NCBI RefSeq assembly: GCF_044342615.1
Contig: NZ_JBIIPN010000001.1
Coordinates: 1-52,875 of the forward strand
From: Daejeonella sp.
GTDB taxonomy: Bacteria > Bacteroidota > Bacteroidia > Sphingobacteriales > Sphingobacteriaceae
Length of the DNA: 52,875 bases
Direction of reading: 5' to 3'
Shown: positions 36,732 through 46,517 of the stretch, one piece after another
Numbering within the stretch: the first letter of the stretch is position 1
Layout: each line of letters opens with the position of its first letter
Translations under genes and position numbers: made by a program
Notes under the pieces: model-generated
Told to the model about the DNA's origin: nothing
Seen by the model: the letters and a program-made list of their open reading frames with translations, nothing else
Database searches by the model: none

Positions 36732-37601
36732 TTATGCTTCGGGAGTCAAATTACTCCAATTTAGTTCTTTATTTTCAATTGCTTTAAGCAGCTCTGGGTA
36801 ATGGTTCAAGAGCAATTTAGCGGGCTCAAGATCAGAGTAATAAACGGTTAAAGCCGCAGCTTGTCTATCTCTTAAATTACCATTTTCAAATAGCCTTTTT
36901 AGATCAATTAATAGTTTTTCGTCGATAAATTTAGTCGTTAAGCGCCACAAATGAGGGTTTATACTACGATTAGCCGCCCAACGTTCGTGTGCATAATCCT
37001 GCAAAGTAGTTGCTAGTTCGGCATTGGCACGCTCATCAATACCAGCAATTTTGTTCAAATCTTTATCAGTAAAAAAAGCTTTTAGCACCAGCTGATTCCA
37101 AGCCTTCTCATCAAGATATTTTGCAGGATAAGGATTATGATACATGATAGACTCCAATACCAGACCGATATTACTTCTAATTCCTTCGGCACATCTCATT
37201 TTCCAATCTTCAGGCCAGGCAAATAAAGAAATCGAAGAATATAAGGCTACAAGCTCTTGAATTTCGGCCGCAAGAAATAAATTATCGATTGTTTTTAGAT
37301 ATTTTCCCTTTTCGGAGGTGTCAATATGTAGGAGAAGACAAAGTCGCGCCAGCCTATCAGCTGTCCAGACCTTTAGAGTAAAACCAGGTTTTATACTTTC
37401 AATTTCAATATTTTGTGATTCAGTAACTTGCACCGGTGATTTACCAGTCTTTCGTGGCATCATCGCAAAAGCGGAATTGATAGCCATGGTATCTAGGACC
37501 AAGAATTTATCGCTCAGCCAGTTCCAGGCATCATCATTAATATTAGCACGGGTTAACTCAGTTATAAGTTCCCTTAATCGTTCTGCATCGTAATCAAACA
37601 T
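36732..37601 (-). CDS. eboA: EboA domain-containing protein
   Basis: WTADRLAR, AEGIRSN, NPYP, WNQLVLKAFF, YAHERWAANR. ATG at 37601, alternative GTG at 37607. Confidence 0.92.
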   Translation of the reverse strand: MFDYDAERLRELITELTRANINDDAWNWLSDKFLVLDTMAINSAFAMMPRKTGKSPVQVTESQNIEIESIKPGFTLKVWTADRLARLCLLLHIDTSEKGKYLKTIDNLFLAAEIQELVALYSSISLFAWPEDWKMRCAEGIRSNIGLVLESIMYHNPYPAKYLDEKAWNQLVLKAFFTDKDLNKIAGIDERANAELATTLQDYAHERWAANRSINPHLWRLTTKFIDEKLLIDLKRLFENGNLRDRQAAALTVYYSDLEPAKLLLNHYPELLKAIENKELNWSNLTPEA

Positions 37602-37691
37602 GCCCACAAAATTGAATGTTGGTAGGAATTAAATATTGCGAAATCTAATAAAAATTAGCAAGAAACTAGGTAAAAATGGAGTAATTTTGAA

Positions 37692-38066
37692 TCAAATTCC
37701 ACCTGAAACAAAATAATTTAATCCGAGTGCTGCCGCGATAATTAACAGGCCAAAAAATTCACGTGTTTTTTCGATGTATGGCTTTTTTGCTTGCATGCTT
37801 TCGGTAATACTTGGAGTGTTATATTTAGTAATCCAATCGCGTACACCATCCTTGGCAAAGAACAAAATTAAGGCATAAATTAAATAAAAGGCAATTAGAA
37901 ATAGGTATCCCATAGGATAATAAATACCAAATGCGGCTACTCCGCAAAGTATAGAAGCCGCCATATAAATCGGCAGCCAAAGCCAGGAATCATTATCGTT
38001 TATATTAAACCAAGCAAAAACAAGGAAAGAAAGGCAAAAAATGATGTTTAGGACTATCAAAAGCAT
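37692..38066 (-). CDS. Transmembrane 220 (TMEM220) family protein
   Basis: FAWFNINDND.WLWLPIY and EKTREFFGLLI motifs; four hydrophobic segments; ATG at 38066. Confidence 0.75.
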   Translation of the reverse strand: MLLIVLNIIFCLSFLVFAWFNINDNDSWLWLPIYMAASILCGVAAFGIYYPMGYLFLIAFYLIYALILFFAKDGVRDWITKYNTPSITESMQAKKPYIEKTREFFGLLIIAAALGLNYFVSGGI

Positions 38067-38127
38067 AATATACAAATAAATTCTGATACGAAGATAGAAA
38101 ATCGGTGAAAAAGAGAGCTAAAAAGAC

Positions 38128-38164
38128 AAAAAAAGGCCCTTATTCCACTAAGAATAAGGCCCTT
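38128..38164 (-). terminator. Intrinsic terminator of the DUF892 gene
   Basis: aagg-c-ccttattc/cactaa/gaataagg-c-cctt stem with a 7-A run (U-tail on the minus strand), 17 nt past the stop codon. Confidence 0.75.
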
Positions 38165-38180
38165 CTCTTTAAAAACGCAC

Positions 38181-38696
38181 TTAAACCATTACATTAACTT
38201 CAGCCATGGCAATTTCTGTGAGTTTAACATCTGCCGCCTTCTCTTCAATCAAAGATTCATTTAATAACTCCTCTGCTCGAGTATGCTCCATGAGCTTGGC
38301 ATAAGTTAATAAACAACCATAACTTGCTATTTCATAATGCTCTATTTTTTGAGCTGCTGCAATAAGTGCTGCATCTAAAACTTGTCCCGATTCAAAATTG
38401 TCAATAATCTCTTCAGATTCTTCTAATAAGCCTTGCATGGCTTTACATTTTTTTGAGCGCGGCGACAAACCGATACTTTGAAAAATTTCTGTAAGGCGCT
38501 CAACTTGATGCTCAGTTTCTGTATAATGCTCATCAAATGCACGCTTTAAATTGGTATTTGCGGTCTTAGATGACATCTTTTTAAGACCCTTTAATAATTG
38601 CTTTTCTGCACCTAGAATATCCCTTAATTCATCCACAAATAATTCATGAAGGTGTGCATTGGGCATATCAGACAACATTTGCTTTTTGGTTTCCAT
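38181..38696 (-). CDS. Ferritin-like DUF892 (YciE/YciF) protein
   Basis: LFVDELRD...AEKQ, H..ET..QVERL, KCKAMQGL, AAAQKIEHYEIASYG, EEKAAD. Confidence 0.93.
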   Translation of the reverse strand: METKKQMLSDMPNAHLHELFVDELRDILGAEKQLLKGLKKMSSKTANTNLKRAFDEHYTETEHQVERLTEIFQSIGLSPRSKKCKAMQGLLEESEEIIDNFESGQVLDAALIAAAQKIEHYEIASYGCLLTYAKLMEHTRAEELLNESLIEEKAADVKLTEIAMAEVNVMV

Positions 38697-39033
38697 TTGC
38701 TTAAATTTTAAATTGATAAATAAATCGTATCAAATAATAGGCTCTTGGGATAAAAAATAACTATAATGCCAAATTGATGACAGCTTTTTTACCGAAAGAG
38801 AAATGCCAGAAATTAAATAGGTGATAATCCAGAAAATCAATATTGAACGAAAAAAATCGAATATTAATGCCAAAAATCGAATATTGGCTATCACCAATCA
38901 CAAAAGAATAACATGATATAAATTGAAATGTTCTATTTTTTTTCAATTCTTTTTCAACAAAAGCGCATTAAAATTGTGATAAATAAAATGGAAGTTGACA
39001 ATAAAAATCATGAAGATTTTAGAATTCTAAAAA

Positions 39034-39861
39034 TTAATCAAACAAGGAAAACTGAACAGATTTGCTGTTTTTAAGCTTTGGATTTGCAGAAACTGTGGAA
39101 TTGTGAAGATGAAATATTTTACTTTCCTGATCTCTGGAGGCTACAATAATCTCTGTTTTCTGAGATTTACTCTTAAACAATTCAGACACTAACTGCGGAT
39201 GATTATTGTCTTTTGAAAGATGCGAAAGTAACAAATGGCTCATATGAAGTCCGTGCGAGCAAAACAGATCTAGCGCCTGAAGATTTGAAAGGTGACCATA
39301 ATCACTTCTAATTCGGGCTTTTAAATGATGAGGATATCTACCCTTATCAAGCATTTCATCATCATAATTTGCTTCCAAAAAGGCAGCATCACAGCTTGAA
39401 AAATAACGAATAAGATTTTCACAAGGCGTGCCTATGTCGGTAAATACACCAAGCTTCAAGCCATTGCAAGTCACGATAAAACTGTGTGGGTCAGAAGCAT
39501 CATGAAACTTAGTAAAAGAAGTAATTTCTAGTCCGCCAATTTGAACAAGCTCATGTGCCACAAAGCTTTTAATAAGATGACTTTCAAGATCAATCCCGGA
39601 GTTTTTAAGGGTTCTCTCTGTAATAAAAACTGGCAATTGGTACTTTTTGGCTAGGACTGAAATCCCACGAATATGATCAGAATGCTCATGAGAGACAAAA
39701 ATAGCTCTTAATTTACTCATAGATAAGCCTAATCGTTCCATTCTTTTCTCTGTCTCACGACAGCTCAGGCCCGCATCAATAAAAATTGCATCATGCTGAT
39801 TTTCAACATAATAACAATTTCCATTACTCCCAGAATTTAATGATGTAAATGATAAAGCCAT
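39034..39861 (-). CDS. MBL-fold metallo-hydrolase (YycJ/WalJ-like)
   Basis: SGSNGN, IDAG, SHEHSDH, HDA, TDIG, EANYD, GHLSN, HLS. Confidence 0.9.
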   Translation of the reverse strand: MALSFTSLNSGSNGNCYYVENQHDAIFIDAGLSCRETEKRMERLGLSMSKLRAIFVSHEHSDHIRGISVLAKKYQLPVFITERTLKNSGIDLESHLIKSFVAHELVQIGGLEITSFTKFHDASDPHSFIVTCNGLKLGVFTDIGTPCENLIRYFSSCDAAFLEANYDDEMLDKGRYPHHLKARIRSDYGHLSNLQALDLFCSHGLHMSHLLLSHLSKDNNHPQLVSELFKSKSQKTEIIVASRDQESKIFHLHNSTVSANPKLKNSKSVQFSLFD

Positions 39862-39982
39862 TCTTGTTGAGAAAAAAGATTCGCATCGATGAATCTATGC
39901 CTTAAAATTATACAAAAAGCATCAAATACTTCTCCATAATGTGATTATATTCGCATTGATCAATAATTTTATATTGTATTTT

Positions 39983-40525
39983 ATGAAAATTAGTATTCGA
40001 ATTTTATTCATTTGTTCTATTTCAATGCTTAGTCAGCTAGTAAATGCACAAGAAAAGCGACTGATAAACTATACAGAAATAAGTGCATTAATTCACAATA
40101 GCACTTCATTGAGTGGGAATCCCTCGTTTAAAGGTTTTAGAACACGTACAGGGCTTACAAAATTATTGACCAATCATGTCGGACTTGGTTTGGCATTAGG
40201 GACAGATAATTACCGTAAGCCAAATGGTGCAAGTTATAATACATTGCCTATTACATTAAACGGTTCTTATTTTTTAAATTCTGATTTAACCGGCTTAAAA
40301 CTAGACATTTATGGAGGTTACGCTGTGAAATTATTCGACAATTTCAATAAAGGGATGACGGCTGGCGGTGGAATTTCCTACTCGTTCCCAATCAACAGTC
40401 GATTGAATTTGGGTCTACAAACAGGATATAATTATCAAAAAATCGATTTTCCTGCAAATTATAGGTTGGGCGAGAGCTTTAATTTGGGTAATATAAGATT
40501 AGGCATAGGCTTAACCTTTAAATAA
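39983..40525 (+). CDS. Putative outer-membrane beta-barrel protein
   Basis: Signal peptide from ATG 39983, amphipathic strands, C-terminal IRLGIGLTFK. Confidence 0.7.
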   Translation: MKISIRILFICSISMLSQLVNAQEKRLINYTEISALIHNSTSLSGNPSFKGFRTRTGLTKLLTNHVGLGLALGTDNYRKPNGASYNTLPITLNGSYFLNSDLTGLKLDIYGGYAVKLFDNFNKGMTAGGGISYSFPINSRLNLGLQTGYNYQKIDFPANYRLGESFNLGNIRLGIGLTFK

Positions 40526-40621
40526 TATACAAACAATTTTAGCGGGGGGCTTTGAAAGCTCTGAGAGGAATAAAATAAAATCACTAATTTTGCATTTTAA
40601 AAGCTCCTATACCATTTTAAT

Positions 40622-41509
40622 ATGTCAAAAAGCACTTATAAGATAGCTGTACTGCAGCTAAACCTAAATGATATTGCAGAAAACAATTTAAAAAAATGCA
40701 TTTCCTGGGTGCGTGAAGCTGCAAAAAAGGGAGCAGAAGTTATTTCTCTACCAGAATTATACAGCAGCCATTATTTCTGCCAGACGGAGGATACCGATAA
40801 TTTTGCTCTAGCAGAACCACTTTATAGCACTTCATTTATCGCATTTAGCGCATTGGCTAAGGAATTGGGAGTTGTAATTATCGTTCCTTTTTTTGAAAGA
40901 AGAATGGCAGGTATTTACCATAATAGTGCCTATATCATTGATACAGATGGTACAGAGGCGGGTTTATACCGAAAAATGCATATCCCAGACGATCCTCATT
41001 TTTACGAGAAATTTTATTTTACACCAGGTGATATTGGATTTAAAACTTTCCCGACCAAAAAAGGTAAAATTGGGACTTTAATCTGTTGGGATCAATGGTA
41101 TCCTGAAGCTGCTAGACTAACGGCTTTACAAGGTGCTGAGGTATTATTTTATCCTACGGCAATTGGCTGGCATCCTTTAGAAAAGGAACAATACGGTGAA
41201 AAACAACATGGAGCTTGGATGAATGTGATGAAAGGGCATGCAGTAGCTAATGGCGTTTATGTGGCAGCAGCAAACCGCATCGGATTGGAAAAATATGTTC
41301 CTGGAACTGAGGGAATTCAATTTTGGGGCTCCTCATTCATCGCTGGTCCACAAGGCGAAATTCTAGCTCAAGCATCTCATGATCAAGAAGAAATTCTCAT
41401 TGCTGAGGTAGATTTAAATCTACAAGAGAATGTGCGCCAAAACTGGCCATTCTTTAGAGATCGCAGAATTGATGCCTTTGGCGATATTACCAAAAGAGCA
41501 ATCCTTTAA
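40622..41509 (+). CDS. aguB: Carbon-nitrogen hydrolase, N-carbamoylputrescine amidase-like
   Basis: LPEL (Glu), YRKMHIPDDP (Lys), ICWDQWYPE (Cys), YPTAIGW, WPFFRDRR; adjacent to agmatine deiminase. Confidence 0.88.
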   Translation: MSKSTYKIAVLQLNLNDIAENNLKKCISWVREAAKKGAEVISLPELYSSHYFCQTEDTDNFALAEPLYSTSFIAFSALAKELGVVIIVPFFERRMAGIYHNSAYIIDTDGTEAGLYRKMHIPDDPHFYEKFYFTPGDIGFKTFPTKKGKIGTLICWDQWYPEAARLTALQGAEVLFYPTAIGWHPLEKEQYGEKQHGAWMNVMKGHAVANGVYVAAANRIGLEKYVPGTEGIQFWGSSFIAGPQGEILAQASHDQEEILIAEVDLNLQENVRQNWPFFRDRRIDAFGDITKRAIL

Positions 41510-41510
41510 A

Positions 41511-42548
41511 ATGAGTACACAAAGAAGATTTCCCGCCGAGTGGGAAAAGCAGCAAGGGATATTATTGTGTTTCCCATACAATGGAAATGACTGGCCAGGA
41601 AAATTTGTTGCCGTGCAGTGGGCATTTGTTGAATTCATCAAAAAAGTAGCCACTTTTGAGGAAGTATTTTTAGTGGTTGCTAATAAGAAAACGAAAGAAA
41701 AAATACATGAAATGCTCGAAAAAGCTCATGTAGCAATGGATAAAGTATCTTTTATCCTACATAAAACCAATAGAAGCTGGATGCGTGATTCTGGTCCGAT
41801 AATCGTTAAAAATGGGTCAAAACGTGAAGCTTTGAATTTTAATTTTAATGGCTGGGCGAAATATAAAAATTTTAAACTAGACAGGCAGATGCCATCTGTT
41901 GTTTCATCTTTTCTAAATATTCCAATAAGCCAAGTTACATACAAAGGCAAGGCTGTTATTCTTGAAGGTGGAGCAATTGATGTAAACGGTAAAGGCACTT
42001 TACTAACTTCTGAGGAGTGCTTAATACATCCTGATATTCAAGTTAGAAATGCAGGATTCACAAAAGAAGATTATGAGGCAATTTTCAAAGAATATCTAGG
42101 CATAAGCAATGTTATTTGGCTAGGTGATGGAATTGCTGGTGATGATACTCATGGACATATTGATGATTTAACCCGATTTGTGGATGAAGAAACTATTATC
42201 ACCGTAGTTGAAAAAGATAGTAAAGACCTCAACTACAAGTCATTACAAGAAAATTTAAAGCGACTACAAGTCTCAAAATTAGAAAATGGAAAAGCACCTA
42301 AAATTGTCGAATTACCGATGCCTAGTCCGATTTATTTTGATGGCCTCAGACTCCCCGCTAGCTATGCTAATTTTTTAATTTTAAATAAATGTGTGCTTGT
42401 TCCGGTTTTTAATGATGCGAAAGATGCAGAAGCTTTGAATATTATCGCGGGCTGTTTCCCAGGTAGGATAATTATTCCGATTAGCGCAATAGATTTTATT
42501 TGGGGATTTGGAACACTCCATTGTTTAAGTCAGCAAATACCCGAATAG
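41511..42548 (+). CDS. aguA: Agmatine deiminase family protein
   Basis: FPAEWE, WMRDSGP, LEGGAI, DDTHGHID, ASYAN, GTLHCLSQQ; ATG at 41511, 1 nt after the aguB stop. Confidence 0.9.
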   Translation: MSTQRRFPAEWEKQQGILLCFPYNGNDWPGKFVAVQWAFVEFIKKVATFEEVFLVVANKKTKEKIHEMLEKAHVAMDKVSFILHKTNRSWMRDSGPIIVKNGSKREALNFNFNGWAKYKNFKLDRQMPSVVSSFLNIPISQVTYKGKAVILEGGAIDVNGKGTLLTSEECLIHPDIQVRNAGFTKEDYEAIFKEYLGISNVIWLGDGIAGDDTHGHIDDLTRFVDEETIITVVEKDSKDLNYKSLQENLKRLQVSKLENGKAPKIVELPMPSPIYFDGLRLPASYANFLILNKCVLVPVFNDAKDAEALNIIAGCFPGRIIIPISAIDFIWGFGTLHCLSQQIPE

Positions 42549-42549
42549 T

Positions 42550-43041
42550 TTATTTCTTTTTAGAATTTTGACTATTTTTTTCTTCAATTAAAAATGGAGT
42601 AGCAGCACTACCTACTTGCATATTTAATTTAAGACGGTTCTCCACTTTTTCAATTAAATCGCGTTCATCTATTGCACCATCAATACGAATAGATCCATTT
42701 ACAATAGCTCCCGGCTCAATCATTATAGATTTAGCCAAAATATTGCCTGTAATTGTTGCCGTGCTTTTAACCTCTACATATTCTGTTGCACGAATATCCC
42801 CAAATACCTTACCACTAATTATACTTGTACGTGAAATGATATTCCCAGAAATTTCTGAAGGTACTGCAATTTCTACCTCTTTTAATGAGAAAATATTACC
42901 AAATAATTTTTCGTCGAGCATGATAGAACTTGATGAAATAAAATTATCATCCACCTTTATAATTGTAGTATGAAAATCTGCAACAGCTTCTTTTTTACTA
43001 TGAGTTTTACCGAAAGTGTTCTTTATAAAATTTAGCGCCAT
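42550..43041 (-). CDS. Bactofilin (polymer-forming cytoskeletal) protein, divergent
   Basis: ISGKVFGDIRA...VEVKSTATITGNILAKSIMIEPGAIVNG beta-helix repeats. Confidence 0.82.
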   Translation of the reverse strand: MALNFIKNTFGKTHSKKEAVADFHTTIIKVDDNFISSSSIMLDEKLFGNIFSLKEVEIAVPSEISGNIISRTSIISGKVFGDIRATEYVEVKSTATITGNILAKSIMIEPGAIVNGSIRIDGAIDERDLIEKVENRLKLNMQVGSAATPFLIEEKNSQNSKKK

Positions 43042-43281
43042 AAAGTTTAATTATACTCTGTAAAGCACAATAAATTGCGTTTTACCTAATTTTTTGACTT
43101 ATTATGTAATTTTTCTCTTTAAAATATTCGGCAAAGTAATAAATTCATTTTAAAAAAGCTTATTTTTGCTAGTTCAATTGGCACATACAATTTTAAAAAA
43201 AGAATTATTTTAAATTATAAAGCAATTCTAACATTATATATAAAAGGTATTCAGAAAGAATAATTGCAAAAATATTAACCT

Positions 43282-44130
43282 ATGATATTTTCAAAATCAG
43301 ACTTCAGTACCGTTTTAATAGTTGGATCAAATACTGGGGAAACAAAGTCTTTGCGTGTAAAAACAAAACACATTAAAAGATTTAGGCATTATGCATTTTC
43401 AATCGGTATCACAATTTTATTATTAACGGGAACAATCATCCTGCTTTCATTAGAGATAAGTAAACATAAGCAAGAAAAACTAGCATATAGTAGAGAAATT
43501 GCACGTTTAAAAAGTAAGTTGCCTGCACCTACAGATACTGCAGAAGCGAAAAATTACATACAAAATATAGAGGATAAACTCAAAAAAATTAATCGTTACC
43601 TTAAAAAAAGAGGTATAAAAGGCTTTTCTACTAATGATATAGGTGGAAATAATCAGGGGAGCGAGAGTTTAAGCATTAAAGAAACATTTGCCTTTTATGA
43701 TGAGCGCTTAACAGATGTTTTGGTGGGTGTAGCGTTTACACCTATAGGTTATCCTGGCGCTTCTATCATCAACTCAAAATTTGGTTATAGAAGTCACCCA
43801 GTAAGGCGAGGCAGTATTGAATTTCACTCCGGGTTAGATTTCAAAGGCCGTAAAGGCGATGCTGTGAAAAGCACTGCGGATGGAAAAGTAATATTAGCCG
43901 GTTGGTTTCAAGGCTACGGGAAATGTGTTAGAATACGCCATAAAAATAATCTAGAGACACTTTACGGACATTTATCTAAAATAAATGTGAAGGAAGGGCA
44001 AATGGTTACTAGCGGGCAAATTATAGGGAAGGTGGGCTCAACGGGTCAATCAACCGGCAATCACCTGCATTATGAAGTTCGTAAAAACGGTAAGCCTGTA
44101 AATCCGCGTAATTACCTGAATTTAAATTAA
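43282..44130 (+). CDS. M23 family metallopeptidase
   Basis: TM segment plus coiled coil; FHSGLD (HxxxD), YGHL, STGNHLHYE (HxH). Confidence 0.95.
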   Translation: MIFSKSDFSTVLIVGSNTGETKSLRVKTKHIKRFRHYAFSIGITILLLTGTIILLSLEISKHKQEKLAYSREIARLKSKLPAPTDTAEAKNYIQNIEDKLKKINRYLKKRGIKGFSTNDIGGNNQGSESLSIKETFAFYDERLTDVLVGVAFTPIGYPGASIINSKFGYRSHPVRRGSIEFHSGLDFKGRKGDAVKSTADGKVILAGWFQGYGKCVRIRHKNNLETLYGHLSKINVKEGQMVTSGQIIGKVGSTGQSTGNHLHYEVRKNGKPVNPRNYLNLN

Positions 44131-44135
44131 TCAAA

Positions 44136-44498
44136 ATGGCAACAAAAAAATCTACAGCAACCCCCACTTTGATTAGTAAAGGATGCGTAATTGAAGGCAA
44201 AATCGAGTCTGATGTTTTCTTAAGAATCGACGGCAATGTGAAGGGTGAGATTTTTATCAACGAAGGTATAATCGTTGGCGAACTAGGAACTATTGATGGC
44301 AATTTAAATGTGCGCGAAGCCGTAATTTATGGTACAATTAACGGAACCATAAAAGCAGATTCTATTCAAATAAAAAGCACCGGTAAAATACAAGGAGAAT
44401 TACATACAAATAACCTTCAAGTAGAAAAAGGCGCTATTTATGTTGGGAATGTGTACATGGATAAATTCCAGTCGAAAAAGGAAATTAGCAGCCTTTAA
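44136..44498 (+). CDS. Bactofilin (CcmA-like) protein
   Basis: TLISKGCVIEGKI...LRIDGNVKG...IYGTINGTI...LQVEKGAIYVG. Confidence 0.93.
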   Translation: MATKKSTATPTLISKGCVIEGKIESDVFLRIDGNVKGEIFINEGIIVGELGTIDGNLNVREAVIYGTINGTIKADSIQIKSTGKIQGELHTNNLQVEKGAIYVGNVYMDKFQSKKEISSL

Positions 44499-44676
44499 TC
44501 CTCGCTTGATCAGATATTCGTTCTTGATTGTAAAAACAACAATTTCGTATTGTTTTCTTTACATAAATCCTGAATTAAAATCGGATATTTAGGAATTATT
44601 TGAAAAGATTAATTAAGCTTTAAAACACGTTTATAAGCCTAAATTTTCTTAGCATTAATCTTATTCCTGAATTCAT

Positions 44677-46344
44677 ATGAAAATTAAAATTCTATTTTTC
44701 GCATTATTTCTTCTGTCTAGCATTTCTATAAATGCTCAACAGAATAAGTCATCAAGTCAAATAAAAAGCACTGATATCCCTCGACCTAAATTAGTTGTAG
44801 GCATTATGGTAGACCAAATGCGCTGGGATTATCTATACCGTTTTTATGAGCGTTACAGTAATGGTGGATTTAAGAGAATGCTTAATGAAGGTTTTTCATG
44901 TGAAAATGCCTACATAAATTACATTCCTAGTGTTACAGGAATTGGCCATACAACAGTCTATACCGGATCAGTGCCTGCAATTCACGGCATAACTGGCAAT
45001 GATTGGATTATTCAAGAAACAGGAAAGACAATGTATTGTGCAGCTGATTCAACCGTTTCAACTGTTGGGAGTAGCTCTAAGTCGGCAGGTCAAATGTCGC
45101 CTAAAAATATGTTGGTTACATCCATGACTGATGAGTTGAGGCTCGCGACTAATTTCAGATCAAAAGTGATATCAATCGCATCCAAAGATAGAGGAGCAAT
45201 TTTACCTGGTGGTCATACAGCAAATGCAGCTTATTGGTATGATGGTAGCACAGGCAACTGGATTAGCAGCACTTTTTACATGGATAAATTACCGAATTGG
45301 CTTATTAATTTTAATGATCAAAAATACCCAGAGAAATACTTAAAACAAGACTGGAACACACTTTATCCTATAGAAACATATATCCAAAGTACTAAGGATG
45401 ATGCTCCCTATGAAGGCAAGTTTGCAGGCATGGATCGCCCAACGTTCCCGGTTAAAACCTCAGAAATGCTAAAAAATGGCCTAGGAATAATATCCAACAC
45501 ACCACACGGTAGCTCATTAACTCTTGATCTTGCCAAAGCAGCTATTGATAATGAAGGATTAGGCGCTGATGCAATCACTGATTTTCTTGCGATTAGCGTT
45601 TCTTCACCTGATTATATTGGTCACCAATTCGGACCAAATTCTATTGAAGTGGAAGATACATACTTACGTCTTGACCGCGATCTAGCGACATTTTTTAATC
45701 ACTTAGATAGCAAAGTTGGAAAAGGAAATTATACTGTTTTCCTTTCTGCAGATCATGCCGTACAACATAATTCGGCATATCTTGCTGATAATAAGATCAA
45801 TACAGGAGTATTTGAGAGCTCTAATGTGTTGAAACAACTAAATACTGTACTTGAAGCCGAATTTAATGTGAAAAATATCGCAAAAAGCTTTAGTAATTAC
45901 GCACTTAGTTTAAATTATGCAGCTATAAAAGCTAATAATTTGAATGAAAATACAATTAAGCAGTTTAGCATTAATTTTCTCAAAAAACAAAATGGTGTTG
46001 CCTTTGTAGTGGATATTGCGAACGTTCAAAATGCCACAATTCCGGCTTTGTATAAAGAAAAAATCATTAATGGTTATCATCCAGAACGTAGTGGTGTGGT
46101 TCAAATTATTTTAGAACCTTCATGGTATTCTGGTTCCTCACAAAGATCAACAGGAGCAACGCACGGCACCTTAAACCCTGCCGACACTCACATTCCAATG
46201 GTTTTTATGGGCTGGGGTATTAAACAAGGGAAAACGAATGTCCCTTATAACATGACTGATATTGCTCCAACTATTACAGGACTGTTACGTATTCAGGAAC
46301 CTAATGGGAATATCGGAAGAGCTGTAAATGAAGCCCTTAAATAA
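44677..46344 (+). CDS. pafA: Alkaline phosphatase PafA
   Basis: RPKLVVGIMVDQMRWDYL, VTGIGH (Thr nucleophile), KDRGAILPGGH, DYIGHQFGPNS, SADH, THG. Confidence 0.92.
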   Translation: MKIKILFFALFLLSSISINAQQNKSSSQIKSTDIPRPKLVVGIMVDQMRWDYLYRFYERYSNGGFKRMLNEGFSCENAYINYIPSVTGIGHTTVYTGSVPAIHGITGNDWIIQETGKTMYCAADSTVSTVGSSSKSAGQMSPKNMLVTSMTDELRLATNFRSKVISIASKDRGAILPGGHTANAAYWYDGSTGNWISSTFYMDKLPNWLINFNDQKYPEKYLKQDWNTLYPIETYIQSTKDDAPYEGKFAGMDRPTFPVKTSEMLKNGLGIISNTPHGSSLTLDLAKAAIDNEGLGADAITDFLAISVSSPDYIGHQFGPNSIEVEDTYLRLDRDLATFFNHLDSKVGKGNYTVFLSADHAVQHNSAYLADNKINTGVFESSNVLKQLNTVLEAEFNVKNIAKSFSNYALSLNYAAIKANNLNENTIKQFSINFLKKQNGVAFVVDIANVQNATIPALYKEKIINGYHPERSGVVQIILEPSWYSGSSQRSTGATHGTLNPADTHIPMVFMGWGIKQGKTNVPYNMTDIAPTITGLLRIQEPNGNIGRAVNEALK

Positions 46345-46380
46345 TATTCCAGATTAATAAAACAATCAAAAACTATTAAT

Positions 46381-46417
46381 AAAAAGCAACAATTCTTAAA
46401 TGATTGTTGCTTTTTTT
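46381..46417 (+). terminator. Intrinsic terminator after pafA
   Basis: aaaaagcaacaat-N9-attgttgcttttttt. Confidence 0.8.
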
Positions 46418-46517
46418 CTTAATGATTACATTTTAATTGCGAGAAATTTAGGTCGAAAGGAATAATTAATGTTATTTTAAACATATTAACTAGTAATTAT
46501 AAATCTAAAAATAGATC

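Noticed and set aside
37645-37658. Second SOS-like box upstream of eboA (and a similar one at 44639-44652)
   Set aside because: CTAA-N6-TTAG spacing differs from the N5 operator, and such matches are expected by chance in AT-rich DNA.
38761-38946. 61-aa ORF
   Set aside because: TTG start, Phe/Ile-rich translation of AT-rich intergenic DNA, no motif.
41430-41510. Long aguA start overlapping aguB
   Set aside because: Family similarity begins at MSTQRRFPAEWE (ATG 41511).
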